The position numbers and the translations under genes are program-made. From Bacteroidales bacterium UBA4070 (GTDB lineage: Bacteria; Bacteroidota; Bacteroidia; Bacteroidales; VadinHA17), in NCBI GenBank assembly GCA_002383485.1, contig DFYY01000022.1, positions 91,575-155,574 on the forward strand: a stretch of DNA of 64,000 bases, given 5' to 3'. Below the pieces are notes generated by a model, which saw only the letters and a list, made by a program, of their open reading frames with translations, had not been told where the DNA came from and did not search any database. Below, piece after piece: positions 17,009 through 27,242 of this stretch; position 1 is the stretch's first letter; each line of letters begins with the position of its first letter.

Positions 17009-18424
17009 ATGAGACAGGAGAACATCCATTCATTGCTATCGAAAAACCTTGGAAATATCCCGACACAGGATCAGTCTGACTGCATGAGGATGCTTGCAGG
17101 CTTCGTTTCCGACAATACAAATGATGTCATCTTTCTGCTGAAGGGTTACGCAGGAACCGGCAAGACCAGCCTGATAGCATCGCTGGTGACCACTCTTGAT
17201 ACCCTGAGGCAAAAGTCAGTATTGCTGGCCCCAACCGGCAGGGCGGCGAAGGTGTTGCGCTCATACACCGGAAAGGAGGCCTGGACAATCCACCGTAAGA
17301 TCTACAGGCAGAAGTCGGCAACTGATGGCGTGGGTAAGTTCGTCCTTGACCGCAACCTGCACAAGAATACATATTTTATAGTTGATGAGGCCTCCATGAT
17401 CCCGGATGAGTCATCTGAAGCTTCGATTTTCGGCAGTGGCAGGCTGCTGGAGGATCTCCTGGAATATGTGTACACGGGAACTGACTGCAAGCTTATACTT
17501 GTCGGGGATGTGGCACAGTTGCCACCCGTCGGGGCGATTGTCAGTCCTGCCCTTGATGAAGATGTTCTGCGAGCGACCGGTTTTGCCCTTCAGACATTTG
17601 AGTTAAGGCAGGTGATACGGCAGAGCGAAGGGTCGGGAATACTTATGAATGCCACTGCTGTAAGGCAGCAGGTCAGCGACGGAGACCTGTCAGTGCCGGA
17701 GCTGATACTCGATGGGTACGGTGATATTGAGCGACTGGGAGGAGCCGAGCTGATTGAGCGGTTGTCTGAGTCATACGACAGGTGCGGCACTGATGGCGCC
17801 ATAGTGGTGGTCAACTCGAACAACCTGGCGAACCGGTATAACCAGGGTATCCGGAGCCGGGTCTTCTTCAGGGAGGAAGAGATCAGCACTGGAGATATAG
17901 TTATGGTAGTCAAGAACAATTACTATTGGCTGAAGGATGATGACAATGCCTCGTTCATTGCCAACGGGGACATAGCAGAGGTAAAAAGGATAAGGAGATA
18001 TGGGGAGATGTACGGGATGCGTTTCGCAGACATGACTCTCTATTTTCGCGACTCGGAGATGGAGGTTGAGGCGAAGGTGAATCTTGACACTCTTATGATG
18101 AGTACCCCGTCTCTCTCACCGGAGAAGTCGCGTGAGCTTTATTTTGCAGTTCTGGCTGATCATCCGGGCATAAAATCCAAGAGAAAGCAGTACGAGGCTG
18201 TAAGGGATGATCCTTATTACAATGCACTGCAGATCAAGTTTGCCTATGCAGTGACATGTCACAAATCGCAGGGGGGGCAATGGGAGCGGGTTTTCATCGA
18301 TCAGGGCATGTTCAACCGGCAGGAACCGACAATCGATTATCTCCGGTGGTTCTATACCGCGCTTACCAGGGCTACGGAGAGAGTTTACCTTGTGAATTTC
18401 CCGGATAGTTATTTCAGGCAATAG
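17009..18424 (+). CDS. RecD-like (SF1) ATP-dependent DNA helicase
   Basis: Walker A is GYAGTGKTS and Walker B is YFIVDEASM. The C-terminal UvrD_C_2-type motif is YAVTCHKSQGGQWERVF. I prefer the ATG at 17009 (MRQENIH). Confidence 0.8.
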   Translation: MRQENIHSLLSKNLGNIPTQDQSDCMRMLAGFVSDNTNDVIFLLKGYAGTGKTSLIASLVTTLDTLRQKSVLLAPTGRAAKVLRSYTGKEAWTIHRKIYRQKSATDGVGKFVLDRNLHKNTYFIVDEASMIPDESSEASIFGSGRLLEDLLEYVYTGTDCKLILVGDVAQLPPVGAIVSPALDEDVLRATGFALQTFELRQVIRQSEGSGILMNATAVRQQVSDGDLSVPELILDGYGDIERLGGAELIERLSESYDRCGTDGAIVVVNSNNLANRYNQGIRSRVFFREEEISTGDIVMVVKNNYYWLKDDDNASFIANGDIAEVKRIRRYGEMYGMRFADMTLYFRDSEMEVEAKVNLDTLMMSTPSLSPEKSRELYFAVLADHPGIKSKRKQYEAVRDDPYYNALQIKFAYAVTCHKSQGGQWERVFIDQGMFNRQEPTIDYLRWFYTALTRATERVYLVNFPDSYFRQ

Positions 18425-18487
18425 AGGGCCTGGCGTATGAAAATGACCCGGCGGGTCATTTTAGCCAGGAGCCAGATTGCAGGGAGG
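18416..18487 (+). repeat. interspersed stop-codon-bearing hairpin element, copy B
   Basis: AGGCAATAGAGGGCCTGGCGTAT, then hairpin AAAATGACCC-ggc-GGGTCATTTT (18440-18462), then AGCCAGGAGCCAGATTGCAGGGAGG. Flanks match copy A but the hairpin sequence differs. Confidence 0.65.
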
Positions 18488-18505
18488 CCAGTATGCAATA
18501 GCGGA

Positions 18506-19144
18506 ATGACTATCTTTGCGCTTTCGCTGACCGGTGGAACTTACCTATAACCTCACCTACCGCAAAATTTTTCTCTTCTGGTGACCATTGGCGCTGACAT
18601 GGCTGATGAGTCTCTTGCGGTGCTCCCTGTTGTAGGTTCACTTGTTTTCATCTTCAGGAGCCTTGGATTGTCATACCAGGAGGTGAATATTGCCCTGATT
18701 GGCAAGCAAAAACAGAACTACCGGCTGTTAAGGAATTTTGCAGTTTACATGGGAGTGGCAGTAACTGTACTGATATCCATCCTTGCACTCACCCCGCTGG
18801 CCGACCTGTGGTTCATTAATATCTCCGGGCTGAGCCAGGAACTGGCGGATTTGTCATATCTCCCCCTGAAAATTATGATACTTTTGCCGGCCTTTACCGT
18901 CCTGCTGAACTATCAGAGATCACTGCTTCTCATCAACCGCACAACTGGTCCTATATCGGCAGCAATGGCGGTTGAGCTGGTATCAATAATTGTAATATTG
19001 CTGGTCTGCGTGGTTCTCCTTGACATGACCGGGGTGGTTGCTGCCGCTCTTGCCTTTACGGCTGGCAAAGGTATTTCAACCCTCTGTCTTTTGCCACGCC
19101 AGTCAGCTGCGGTAAGAGGCTGGCGGTCACAGGCAGGCCGCTGA
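18506..19144 (+). pseudogene. remnant of a multi-pass membrane transporter (MATE/flippase-like), internally deleted and frame-broken
   Basis: An N-terminus-like fragment, ELTYNLTYRKIFLFW-TGA-PLALTWLM, lies in one frame. A C-terminal four-helix portion lies in another (18581-19144, ..ESLAVLPVVGSLVFIFRSLGLSYQEVNIALIG..). No intact start is present. The family call is tentative. Confidence 0.5.
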
Positions 19145-19192
19145 CCCGGTATTATTCTTATTTTTGCAGCTGACGTGTCAATATTCTGAAAG

Positions 19193-19609
19193 ATGAAATC
19201 ATACCGTAAAGAGCTTACAATTGAGACACCCCACCGCAGGGATTATATCAACATCACCCGCCAGGTTGAACATTGCCTGGCCGAGAGCGGAATCAACGAA
19301 GGTCTCATTCTCGTTAATTCGATGCATATCACAAGTTCGGTTTTTATCAATGATGATGAAGGCGGTCTGCACCAGGATTTTGAGGTGTGGCTGGAGAAAC
19401 TGGCGCCTGAAAAGCCTCATTCACAGTACCGTCACAATGGATTTGAGGACAACGCTGACGCTCATATGAAGCGGCAGCTGATGGGGCGCGAGGTAGTTGT
19501 CGCAGTCACAAACGGCCGGCTCGACTTCGGCCCGTGGGAACAGATCTTCTACGGCGAGTATGACGGCATGCGGAGAAAGAGGGTGCTGGTCAAGATAATC
19601 GGGGAATGA
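19193..19609 (+). CDS. YjbQ/UPF0047 family protein (secondary thiamine-phosphate synthase-like)
   Basis: 138 aa. The pattern [38 protein letters not shown] is typical of UPF0047. Confidence 0.75.
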   Translation: MKSYRKELTIETPHRRDYINITRQVEHCLAESGINEGLILVNSMHITSSVFINDDEGGLHQDFEVWLEKLAPEKPHSQYRHNGFEDNADAHMKRQLMGREVVVAVTNGRLDFGPWEQIFYGEYDGMRRKRVLVKIIGE

Positions 19610-19654
19610 AGCAACCGGCATCCGGAAGAAGGGCAGGTAGGGGTGATTTATTGC

Positions 19655-21388
19655 CTACAGCCTCATGTCTTTAATTACAGCATCGATCCTGCTGTCAAGT
19701 TCCTTCCACAGTCTCTCGAATGAGGAGACATCGTCCATGGCGGTGCTGGCGCTGAAGTAGAACTTGATCTTCGGTTCGGTGCCGGAGGGCCTGACTGAAA
19801 TCTTGGTTCCGTCAGCCAGGAAGAACTGAAGTACATTTGATTTTTCCAGGAGCAGCGGTGTCTTCTTCCCGGTGACCAGGTCAGCTGATTCCTGTACGAG
19901 GTAGTCGCTTATCTTAACAACCCTGCTTCCTGCAATCTCCCCGGGCGGGTTACTGCGATACCCTTCCATCAGGCTCTTTATTTCCGCTGCACCCTCGGCA
20001 CCCTTTCTGACCACGCTGACCAGTTTTTCACGGAAGAGTCCGTATTCGGTGTAGATGTCAAGCAGCAGCTGCCATAGCGATTTGCCATGGTCCGCAGCCC
20101 AGGCTGCGGTTTCAGCAATCAGTGCGCATGAGGCCACGCCATCCTTGTCCCTGACGTAATCGCCCGGCAGGTATCCGAAGCTCTCCTCGCCTCCGCCTAT
20201 ATACTTTTCCTTACCTTCAAGATCGCGCATCAGCTCGGCAAAGTACTTGAAACCGGTGAGCACGTTATAACTCTTCACTCCGTTTGCTTCAGCAATCCTG
20301 TCAAGCAGGTCGGATGTGACTATGGTATTGATAATATACTCATTGCCCTTCAGGGTGCCGTTCTGTTTCTTCTGTGAGATGATATACCAGGTAAGCAGTG
20401 CTCCGGTCTGGTTGCCGTTCAGCAGCACGAATTCCCCGGAGGGTTTCCTTACTGCGATGCCCAGCCTGTCGGCGTCAGGGTCGGTGGCCATTACCAGGTC
20501 GGCATTTTTGGCACGAGCCAGGTCAAGGGCCATGGCCAATGCATCAGGTTCCTCGGGATTTGGTGAGCGCAGTGTCGGGAAGTTTCCGTCTGTGATGCTC
20601 TGTTCAGGAACCGGGTAAACATTTTTAAAACCGTATAATTTCAGGGCATCCGGAACCATTTTGTATCCGGTCCCGTGCAGAGGCGTATAGACTATGCCCA
20701 TCCCGGAGTTTCTTTTGATGATCTCGGGATTGATACTCAGTTTAAGCACCTCCTCCATGTACTTTTTATCTGTTTCTTCGCCAATTGTGACAATCCTTGA
20801 GGGATCGCCTCCTGTGGCTATCTCCGAGACTGACTTAATACTGCGGACCTCGTCAATGATCCCCTTGTCATGAGGTGATACCACCTGGCCGCCGTCGTTC
20901 CATGATACTTTATAGCCGTTATACTCCTTCGGGTTATGCGAGGCGGTAATGATTACACCGGCATCACATCCGTGCATTCTGATTGCATAAGAAAGAACCG
21001 GTGTCGGCCGCAGGGCATCAAAGAGTAGTGCCGTGAATCCGTTTGCCACGAAGATATCAGCAGCCACCTTCGCGAAATAGCTGCTGTTGTTCCGGCTGTC
21101 ATGAGCAATGGCAACCTTTATGGATGAGGGATTGGATGCATGCTTTTTCAGGTAGTTGGAGAGGCCCTGGGTTGCCATTCCGAGGGTATACCTGTTCATG
21201 CGGTTTGTTCCTGCTCCCATGATTCCGCGGAGTCCCCCGGTGCCAAACTCAAGGTCCTGGTAGAAAGCATCAATAAGAGCCTTTTCGTCATGCTCCATCA
21301 TGTGCTTCACCTCCGAGCGGGTTGCTTCATCAAACTCTTCGCCCAGCCATGCGGCGGCTTTTGTTCTGATTTCTTCAATGTTGATCAT
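19655..21388 (-). CDS. phosphoglucomutase/phosphomannomutase family phospho-sugar mutase
   Basis: The active-site motif is TASHNPKEYNGYK and the Mg-binding segment is ATDPDADRLG. I prefer the start at 21388 (MINIEEIR), which abuts the rfbD stop. Confidence 0.85.
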   Translation of the reverse strand: MINIEEIRTKAAAWLGEEFDEATRSEVKHMMEHDEKALIDAFYQDLEFGTGGLRGIMGAGTNRMNRYTLGMATQGLSNYLKKHASNPSSIKVAIAHDSRNNSSYFAKVAADIFVANGFTALLFDALRPTPVLSYAIRMHGCDAGVIITASHNPKEYNGYKVSWNDGGQVVSPHDKGIIDEVRSIKSVSEIATGGDPSRIVTIGEETDKKYMEEVLKLSINPEIIKRNSGMGIVYTPLHGTGYKMVPDALKLYGFKNVYPVPEQSITDGNFPTLRSPNPEEPDALAMALDLARAKNADLVMATDPDADRLGIAVRKPSGEFVLLNGNQTGALLTWYIISQKKQNGTLKGNEYIINTIVTSDLLDRIAEANGVKSYNVLTGFKYFAELMRDLEGKEKYIGGGEESFGYLPGDYVRDKDGVASCALIAETAAWAADHGKSLWQLLLDIYTEYGLFREKLVSVVRKGAEGAAEIKSLMEGYRSNPPGEIAGSRVVKISDYLVQESADLVTGKKTPLLLEKSNVLQFFLADGTKISVRPSGTEPKIKFYFSASTAMDDVSSFERLWKELDSRIDAVIKDMRL

Positions 21389-22257
21389 ATCCGGTTCATT
21401 TTTGATATACAATTAATCAGGCTGGTACGCCAGTGGGGAATCGAAAGGTTGTAATTTTCCCTGATTCGTGTCTTGTCAAGTACGCTGTATGACGGCCTCT
21501 TCACCCTTGAGGGCCATGCGGCGCTCCTTACGGGCAGCACGGCGCAGGGCGAACCTGCCTCCTTCACGATCTCGCTGGCCAGGTCGAACCAGCTGCAGAC
21601 ACCTTCATTAGAATAGTTGAAGATTCCGGGAACGAAATTGCTGCTGTTGCGGATCACGCCGCTGATGATATCCATTATGGCAGTTGCGAGGTCAGCTGCG
21701 TAGGTTGGTGATCCGGCCTGGTCAAAGACCACGCTTAGGCTCTGGGCCGAACCTGCCTTGCCAAGAATTGTCTTCACGAAGTTGTTGCCGTAGGATGAGT
21801 ACAGCCAGGAGGTCCTGATGATCATAGTGTCAGGCCATCTCATGGCGGCTTTTTCTCCTGCAAGCTTGCTCCGGCCATATGCTGATGCGGGTGACGGGGT
21901 GTCATCTTCAGTGTATGGCACAGGACTGGTGCCGTCAAAGACATAATCGGTCGAGATATGAATCAGCCTGCAACCTGTACCACTGAGGGCACTTACAAGA
22001 TTTTCAACTCCGCCGGCATTTATCAGTGTGGCAAGTGTCTCCTCATCCTCAGCACGGTCAACGGCAGTGTAGGCTGCACAGTTGATTACCCATGTGGGGC
22101 GGCTTGCAGCAATAAATGAATCTGTTGCGGCAGCATCTGTAATATCAAGCTCTCCTGCATCGGTGAAGATGAACTCATATCCGCTGTAACGGACTGACCG
22201 TTCCCTGATCTCGCTTCCCAGCTGTCCGGATGCCCCGGTTACCAGTATGGTTGTCAT
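21385..22257 (-). CDS. rfbD: dTDP-4-dehydrorhamnose reductase
   Basis: The Rossmann motif is ILVTGASGQLG and the sequence is RmlD-typical (STDYVFDG). The gene is coupled to rfbC. Confidence 0.85.
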   Translation of the reverse strand: MTTILVTGASGQLGSEIRERSVRYSGYEFIFTDAGELDITDAAATDSFIAASRPTWVINCAAYTAVDRAEDEETLATLINAGGVENLVSALSGTGCRLIHISTDYVFDGTSPVPYTEDDTPSPASAYGRSKLAGEKAAMRWPDTMIIRTSWLYSSYGNNFVKTILGKAGSAQSLSVVFDQAGSPTYAADLATAIMDIISGVIRNSSNFVPGIFNYSNEGVCSWFDLASEIVKEAGSPCAVLPVRSAAWPSRVKRPSYSVLDKTRIRENYNLSIPHWRTSLINCISKMNRI

Positions 22258-22814
22258 TCGCTGAAAGTGAAGTTTGAAGAGATCTCTTTGAACAGTGGCT
22301 GTTTCAGGTCTTTCGGACTGATTACCGGGGCCTCGTCCCTGATCATCCAGTCTATCCGGAGGTCAGGGTCCAGCGCATTTATGCCACGCTCATGTGCAAC
22401 GGAATAATTGTTGTCACACTTATAGAGAACTATTGCCCTCTCGCTGAGTACGGAAAACCCGTGCGCAAAACCCCTGGGAATCAAAAACTGCAGTTTCTTT
22501 TCTGAGTCGATGATGAGTCCGAACCATTTTCCGTATGTCGGGGAACCGTGTCTTAAGTCAAGTGCCACGTCATAGATCCGGCCCTCAATAACCCTTATCA
22601 GCTTGGCCTGGGCAAAAGGTTCCTCCTGGTAGTGAAGGCCCCTGATCACACCCCTGCACGAGCTGGACTCATTATCCTGCACGGGTTCGTAGACGATTTC
22701 GTTATTGCTGTATTTCAGCTTGTTGTAGCTCTCAAAGAAATAACCCCTGGCGTCATTGAAGACATCGGGTTCGATGATCAGCAGTCCGGGGAATTCAGTC
22801 CTGTGTACTTTCAT
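22254..22814 (-). CDS. rfbC: dTDP-4-dehydrorhamnose 3,5-epimerase
   Basis: 186 aa. The motifs are DARGYFFE and IRGLHYQ..QAKLIRV. Confidence 0.9.
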   Translation of the reverse strand: MKVHRTEFPGLLIIEPDVFNDARGYFFESYNKLKYSNNEIVYEPVQDNESSSCRGVIRGLHYQEEPFAQAKLIRVIEGRIYDVALDLRHGSPTYGKWFGLIIDSEKKLQFLIPRGFAHGFSVLSERAIVLYKCDNNYSVAHERGINALDPDLRIDWMIRDEAPVISPKDLKQPLFKEISSNFTFSE

Positions 22815-22816
22815 GT

Positions 22817-23689
22817 TCAGGCCTGTTCGTTTGCCACTTTGAGAAGGTACTGACCGTACTGGCTCTTGGCCAGTGGTCTGGCAAGGTCAAGAAGCTGTTC
22901 TTTTGTGATGAAGCCGCTCTTGCAGGCAATTTCCTCAATGCAGGAGGCGCTCAGACCCTGTCTTTGTTCGAGTGTTGCAATGAAGTTGGATGCCTGCAGG
23001 AGGCTGTCGAAGGTTCCCGTGTCAAGCCACGCCATTCCGCGTCCCAGAAGTTTTACTTCCAGTTTTCCCTCCTGCAGGTAGAGCCTGTTGAGATCGGTTA
23101 TCTCCAGCTCACCGCGAGGTGAGGGTTTAAGGTTTCGCGTCCGTGAGGCCACAGTGTTGTCGTAGAAGTAGAGGCCGGTGACGGCGTAGTTTGATTTGGG
23201 TTTAAGAGGTTTCTCCTCTATGCTTACAGCCTTGTGGTTTTCATCAAACTCCACAACTCCGTAGCGCTCGGGATCATTGACGGCATAACCGAATACAACT
23301 GCTCCGTCAGTCAGTGACGCGGCCTGCTTGAGGATGTGGCCAAAACCGTGGCCGTAAAAGATATTGTCACCAAGTATCATGCAGACATTGTCATCGCCAA
23401 TGAAATCCTCACCTATAATGAAAGCCTGCGCCAGGCCGTCAGGTGCGGGTTGTTCACGGTATGTGAAACTCATTCCCAGCCTGGTACCGTCACCCAGCAA
23501 TGCCCTGAAAATTGGAAGGTCACGGGGGGTTGAAATGATCAGTATGTCACGTATTCCGGCCAGCATCAGGGCAGAGAGCGGATAGTAGATCATTGGTTTG
23601 TCATATACCGGCAACAGCTGTTTGGAGATGGCTTCCGTTATAGGGTGAAGCCTGGTGCCGGATCCGCCGGCAAGGATTATGCCTTTCAT
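22817..23689 (-). CDS. rfbA: glucose-1-phosphate thymidylyltransferase
   Basis: [18 protein letters not shown] is at the preferred start (23689). The longer ORF to 23842 adds an implausible leader. Confidence 0.9.
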   Translation of the reverse strand: MKGIILAGGSGTRLHPITEAISKQLLPVYDKPMIYYPLSALMLAGIRDILIISTPRDLPIFRALLGDGTRLGMSFTYREQPAPDGLAQAFIIGEDFIGDDNVCMILGDNIFYGHGFGHILKQAASLTDGAVVFGYAVNDPERYGVVEFDENHKAVSIEEKPLKPKSNYAVTGLYFYDNTVASRTRNLKPSPRGELEITDLNRLYLQEGKLEVKLLGRGMAWLDTGTFDSLLQASNFIATLEQRQGLSASCIEEIACKSGFITKEQLLDLARPLAKSQYGQYLLKVANEQA

Positions 23690-23894
23690 CAACACTAATT
23701 TAGTTAAACTGATGACAAAAATAGAAAAAAGCAACAATCTAAACAGTGACCTTACTATCCGGGGAGGTTTTAAATTCTTATACCCTGAAAATCTGCCCAT
23801 TGTTCGTATCCAAAAAGAAAAAATAATTATCTTTGCCAGCAATTTTCAAACAACATAATGTCTAACTTATTAATTTTCAGGCAAATTATTCAAA

Positions 23895-25886
23895 ATGAGT
23901 GAAATTAACGAAGAGACCGGCAACATTTCAAACGAGGATGTTAACGTTAATGAGACCGGAGCAGAAGTAAAAGCAGAAGCAAAAGAGGTGGTGGTTGAAT
24001 CAGCAGGTGAGATGGTTGCTGAGGAACAGCCGATTCTTAAGGAAAAGAAAGAAAAGAAGGTGAAGGCAGAAGCTGCAACAGCTGCGATGGCAGCAGCAGC
24101 CACACCTGAAGAGTTTGACTGGGATTCTTATGAGACTGACGGATTCTTATCAAAGAGAAGCCGTGCTGACCAGGAGAAACAGTATGAAGAGACCCTTTCA
24201 ACCGTCGCTGTTGACGAGGTTGTGGAAGGTAAGGTCATTTCAATGAATAACCGTGAGGTTGTCATCAACATCGGGCAGAAGTCTGAGGGAGTGGTGAGTC
24301 TTAACGAATTCCGCTACAATCCCGATCTCAAGATAGGCGACACTGTTGAAGTCTATGTTGAGAGCCAGGAGGACAAGAAGGGTCAGCTGGTGCTTTCTCA
24401 CAAGAAGGCAAGGGCTTACAATTCATGGGACCGCGTCAATTCGGCCCTTGAAAACAATGAAATCATTACCGGTTACATCAAGTGCCGCACGAAGGGTGGC
24501 ATGATCGTTGACGTCTTTGGCATCGAGTCGTTCCTTCCCGGATCACAGATTGATGTCAAGCCTATACGTGACTATGACGTATATGTTGGCAAGACCATGG
24601 AGTTCAGGGTGGTGAAGATCAACCAGGAGTTCAAGAACGTGGTTGTGTCACACAAGGCGCTCATTGAGGCCGAGCTTGAGCAGCAGAAGAAGGAGATCAT
24701 CTCGAAGCTTGAGAAGGGCCAGGTGCTCGAGGGTACTGTCAAGAACATCACCTCATACGGTGTCTTCATTGACCTCGGCGGTGTTGACGGACTCATACAT
24801 ATTACTGATCTTTCATGGGGCAGGGTCAACCATCCCGAGGAGATCGTTCAGCTTGACCAGAAGCTCAATGTAGTCATACTCGACTTTGATGATGACAAGA
24901 AGAGGATCGCCCTGGGTCTGAAGCAGCTTACACCGCATCCGTGGGATTCGCTCAGCGAGGGCCTGAAAGTGGGTGACAAGGTCAAGGGCAAGGTTGTTGT
25001 CATGGCAGACTACGGTGCATTCGTGGAGATTGCACAGGGTGTTGAAGGTCTTATCCATGTCTCCGAGATGTCATGGTCGCAGCACCTTCGCAGTGCACAG
25101 GAGTTCATGAAGGTGGGTGATGAGGTTGAAGCTGTCATACTGACGCTTGACCGTGAGGAGCGCAAGATGTCGCTTGGTATCAAGCAGCTCAAGCCGGATC
25201 CGTGGGAGAACATTGACAAGAAATACAGCATCAACTCACGCCACAAGGCGCGCGTGCGCAACTTCACCAACTTTGGTGTCTTCGTGGAGATTGAAGAGGG
25301 TGTTGACGGTCTGATACACATATCTGACCTGTCATGGACGAAGAAGATCAAGCATCCTGCTGAGTTCACATCGATTGACGCCGAGATTGACGTGGTGGTC
25401 CTCGAGATAGACAAGGAGAACAGGAGACTGAGCCTCGGTCACAAGCAGCTCGAAGAGAACCCGTGGGATGTGTTTGAGGATCTCTTTACGGTTGACTCTA
25501 TTCATGAGGGTACCGTTATCGAGGTCTTTGACAAGGGAGCCATCATTGCCCTGCCTTACGGTGTTGAAGGGTTTGCCACTCCGAAGCATCTCGTCAAGGA
25601 AGACGGAAGCCAGGCAGTGGTTGAGGACAAGCTCAACTTCAAGGTTATTGAGTTCAACAAGAGTGCCAAGAAGATCATCGTCTCACACAGCCGCATTTTC
25701 GAGGATGAGAGAAAGGGATCAGATACATCGGCAAGACGCTCAGAGGCTGACAACACCAAAAAAGCAGCACGCAAGCTAAAGGCCAGCCTTGAGAAAACTA
25801 CTCTCGGTGACATCACCGGGCTTCAGGCTCTCAAGGATGAGATGGAAGAAAAAGAGGCCAGAAGTCTAGGTAAAAAGAAAAAATAA
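23895..25886 (+). CDS. rpsA: 30S ribosomal protein S1 with an acidic/Ala-rich N-terminal extension
   Basis: Six S1-domain repeats are visible (for example [42 protein letters not shown]). About 65 aa precede the conserved FDWDSYE start region. Confidence 0.9.
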   Translation: [663 protein letters not shown]

Positions 25887-25916
25887 CCTTATTTTTAGTT
25901 GCCAAAATTATCAGCT

Positions 25917-26255
25917 ATGGACTTCAACATTCAAAACAAGAACAAGTGCACTGTAATCAGCATTGAAACTGAGAAGCTTGACACACATATTGCTCCTTCA
26001 CTCAAGTCGGAACTGGTTCTCATCTCCGGTAAGGGAGAGAGGAATATCATCCTGGATCTGAAGAAGTGTCAGTATTGTGATTCATCAGGTCTCAGCGCCA
26101 TTCTTGTTGCAAACAGGCTCTGCAAGAACGCAGGAGGTACTTTTGTCCTCTGCGGACTGAATGAGGCTGTGGAGAGGCTTATTACAATCTCGCAGCTTGA
26201 CACTGTTCTATCCATTACCGCTGATACTGAGGAAGCTGAGAAAATTATAGCCTGA
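25917..26255 (+). CDS. STAS-domain protein (anti-sigma-factor antagonist type)
   Basis: 112 aa. The SpoIIAA-like motif is DLKKCQYCDSSGLSAIL. I prefer the ATG at 25917. Confidence 0.75.
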   Translation: MDFNIQNKNKCTVISIETEKLDTHIAPSLKSELVLISGKGERNIILDLKKCQYCDSSGLSAILVANRLCKNAGGTFVLCGLNEAVERLITISQLDTVLSITADTEEAEKIIA

Positions 26256-26266
26256 GGAGAGGTGGC

Positions 26267-27181
26267 ATGGCTTTCAGGCTGACCATACTCGGAACCAGCT
26301 CAGCTCTGCCCACTTCAGACCGATATCCGACCGCTCATGTACTAAACGTGCATGAGCGGTTGTTTTTGATAGACTGCGGAGAGGGGACCCAGATGCAGAT
26401 GCGCCGGTATAAGATAAGGTTCGGTAAGATTAATCACATATTCATCAGCCACCTGCACGGCGACCATTTTTTCGGGGTCTACCCGCTGCTCTCCACGTTT
26501 AACCTGATGGGACGCAAGAATACGCTTCATCTTTATGTTCCTTCCCCGGCGGAAGAGCTGATTGCACGACACCTGGCTGATTTCGACATAAACCTCGGGT
26601 ATGAACTTATCGTGCATACCGTCTCAGGCCGGTCCCTGAAGAGCATCCTGGTTGATAAGCGGGTAGAGGTTTTCTCATTTCCGCTGAAGCACCGTATCAC
26701 AACTTATGGTTATCTCTTTCGCGAGAAAACTCCTGACAGGAACATGATCAGTGAAAAGATTGAGGAATACAATCTCACTATTGAGGAGATAGCCACGGCC
26801 AGGAGGGGCGGTGACATTGTACGGCCATCCGGTCAGGTCATCGCGTGCGGGGAGGTCACCCTTGAGCCCCGCCATCCGGCCACCTACGCCTTCTGCAGTG
26901 ATACGGGCAGGGTCAAAAAGCTTGCTTCCTGGATCAGGGGCGTTGACCTTCTTTACCACGAAGCCACCTTCGGTGATGATCATGATCCGCTGGCGCTGAA
27001 GACAGGACATTCCACAGCACGCCAGGCCGCAACAGTGGCGCTCGAAGCCGGAGCGAAGCATCTTCTGCTGGGACACTTCTCGGCACGGTACCGTTCACCG
27101 GCCGTGCTCGAGACAGAGGCAAGAGAGGTTTTTCCCGACAGCGCAGCGGCACGCGAGGGTGCTACATATGAGATAGGCTGA
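26267..27181 (+). CDS. rnz: ribonuclease Z
   Basis: The metallo-beta-lactamase motif is FISHLHGDH. The N-terminus FRLTILGTSSALPT..LIDCGEGTQ is typical. Confidence 0.85.
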   Translation: MAFRLTILGTSSALPTSDRYPTAHVLNVHERLFLIDCGEGTQMQMRRYKIRFGKINHIFISHLHGDHFFGVYPLLSTFNLMGRKNTLHLYVPSPAEELIARHLADFDINLGYELIVHTVSGRSLKSILVDKRVEVFSFPLKHRITTYGYLFREKTPDRNMISEKIEEYNLTIEEIATARRGGDIVRPSGQVIACGEVTLEPRHPATYAFCSDTGRVKKLASWIRGVDLLYHEATFGDDHDPLALKTGHSTARQAATVALEAGAKHLLLGHFSARYRSPAVLETEAREVFPDSAAAREGATYEIG

Positions 27182-27242
27182 TGACGGTAAATCCGCATAT
27201 TGATTATCTTTGCCACCTACATAACAGCATTAATCCACACCC

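Noticed and set aside
21385-23689. The rfbA-rfbC-rfbD cluster lacks rfbB (dTDP-glucose 4,6-dehydratase).
   Set aside because: - rfbB is often encoded elsewhere in Bacteroidota genomes.
- Absence from a 64-kb window is not evidence of an incomplete pathway.
23690-23842. A 51-codon N-terminal extension of rfbA in the longest ORF.
   Set aside because: - The conserved RmlA N-terminus [14 protein letters not shown] begins at the internal ATG (23689).
- The extension is hydrophobic and unlike any RmlA.
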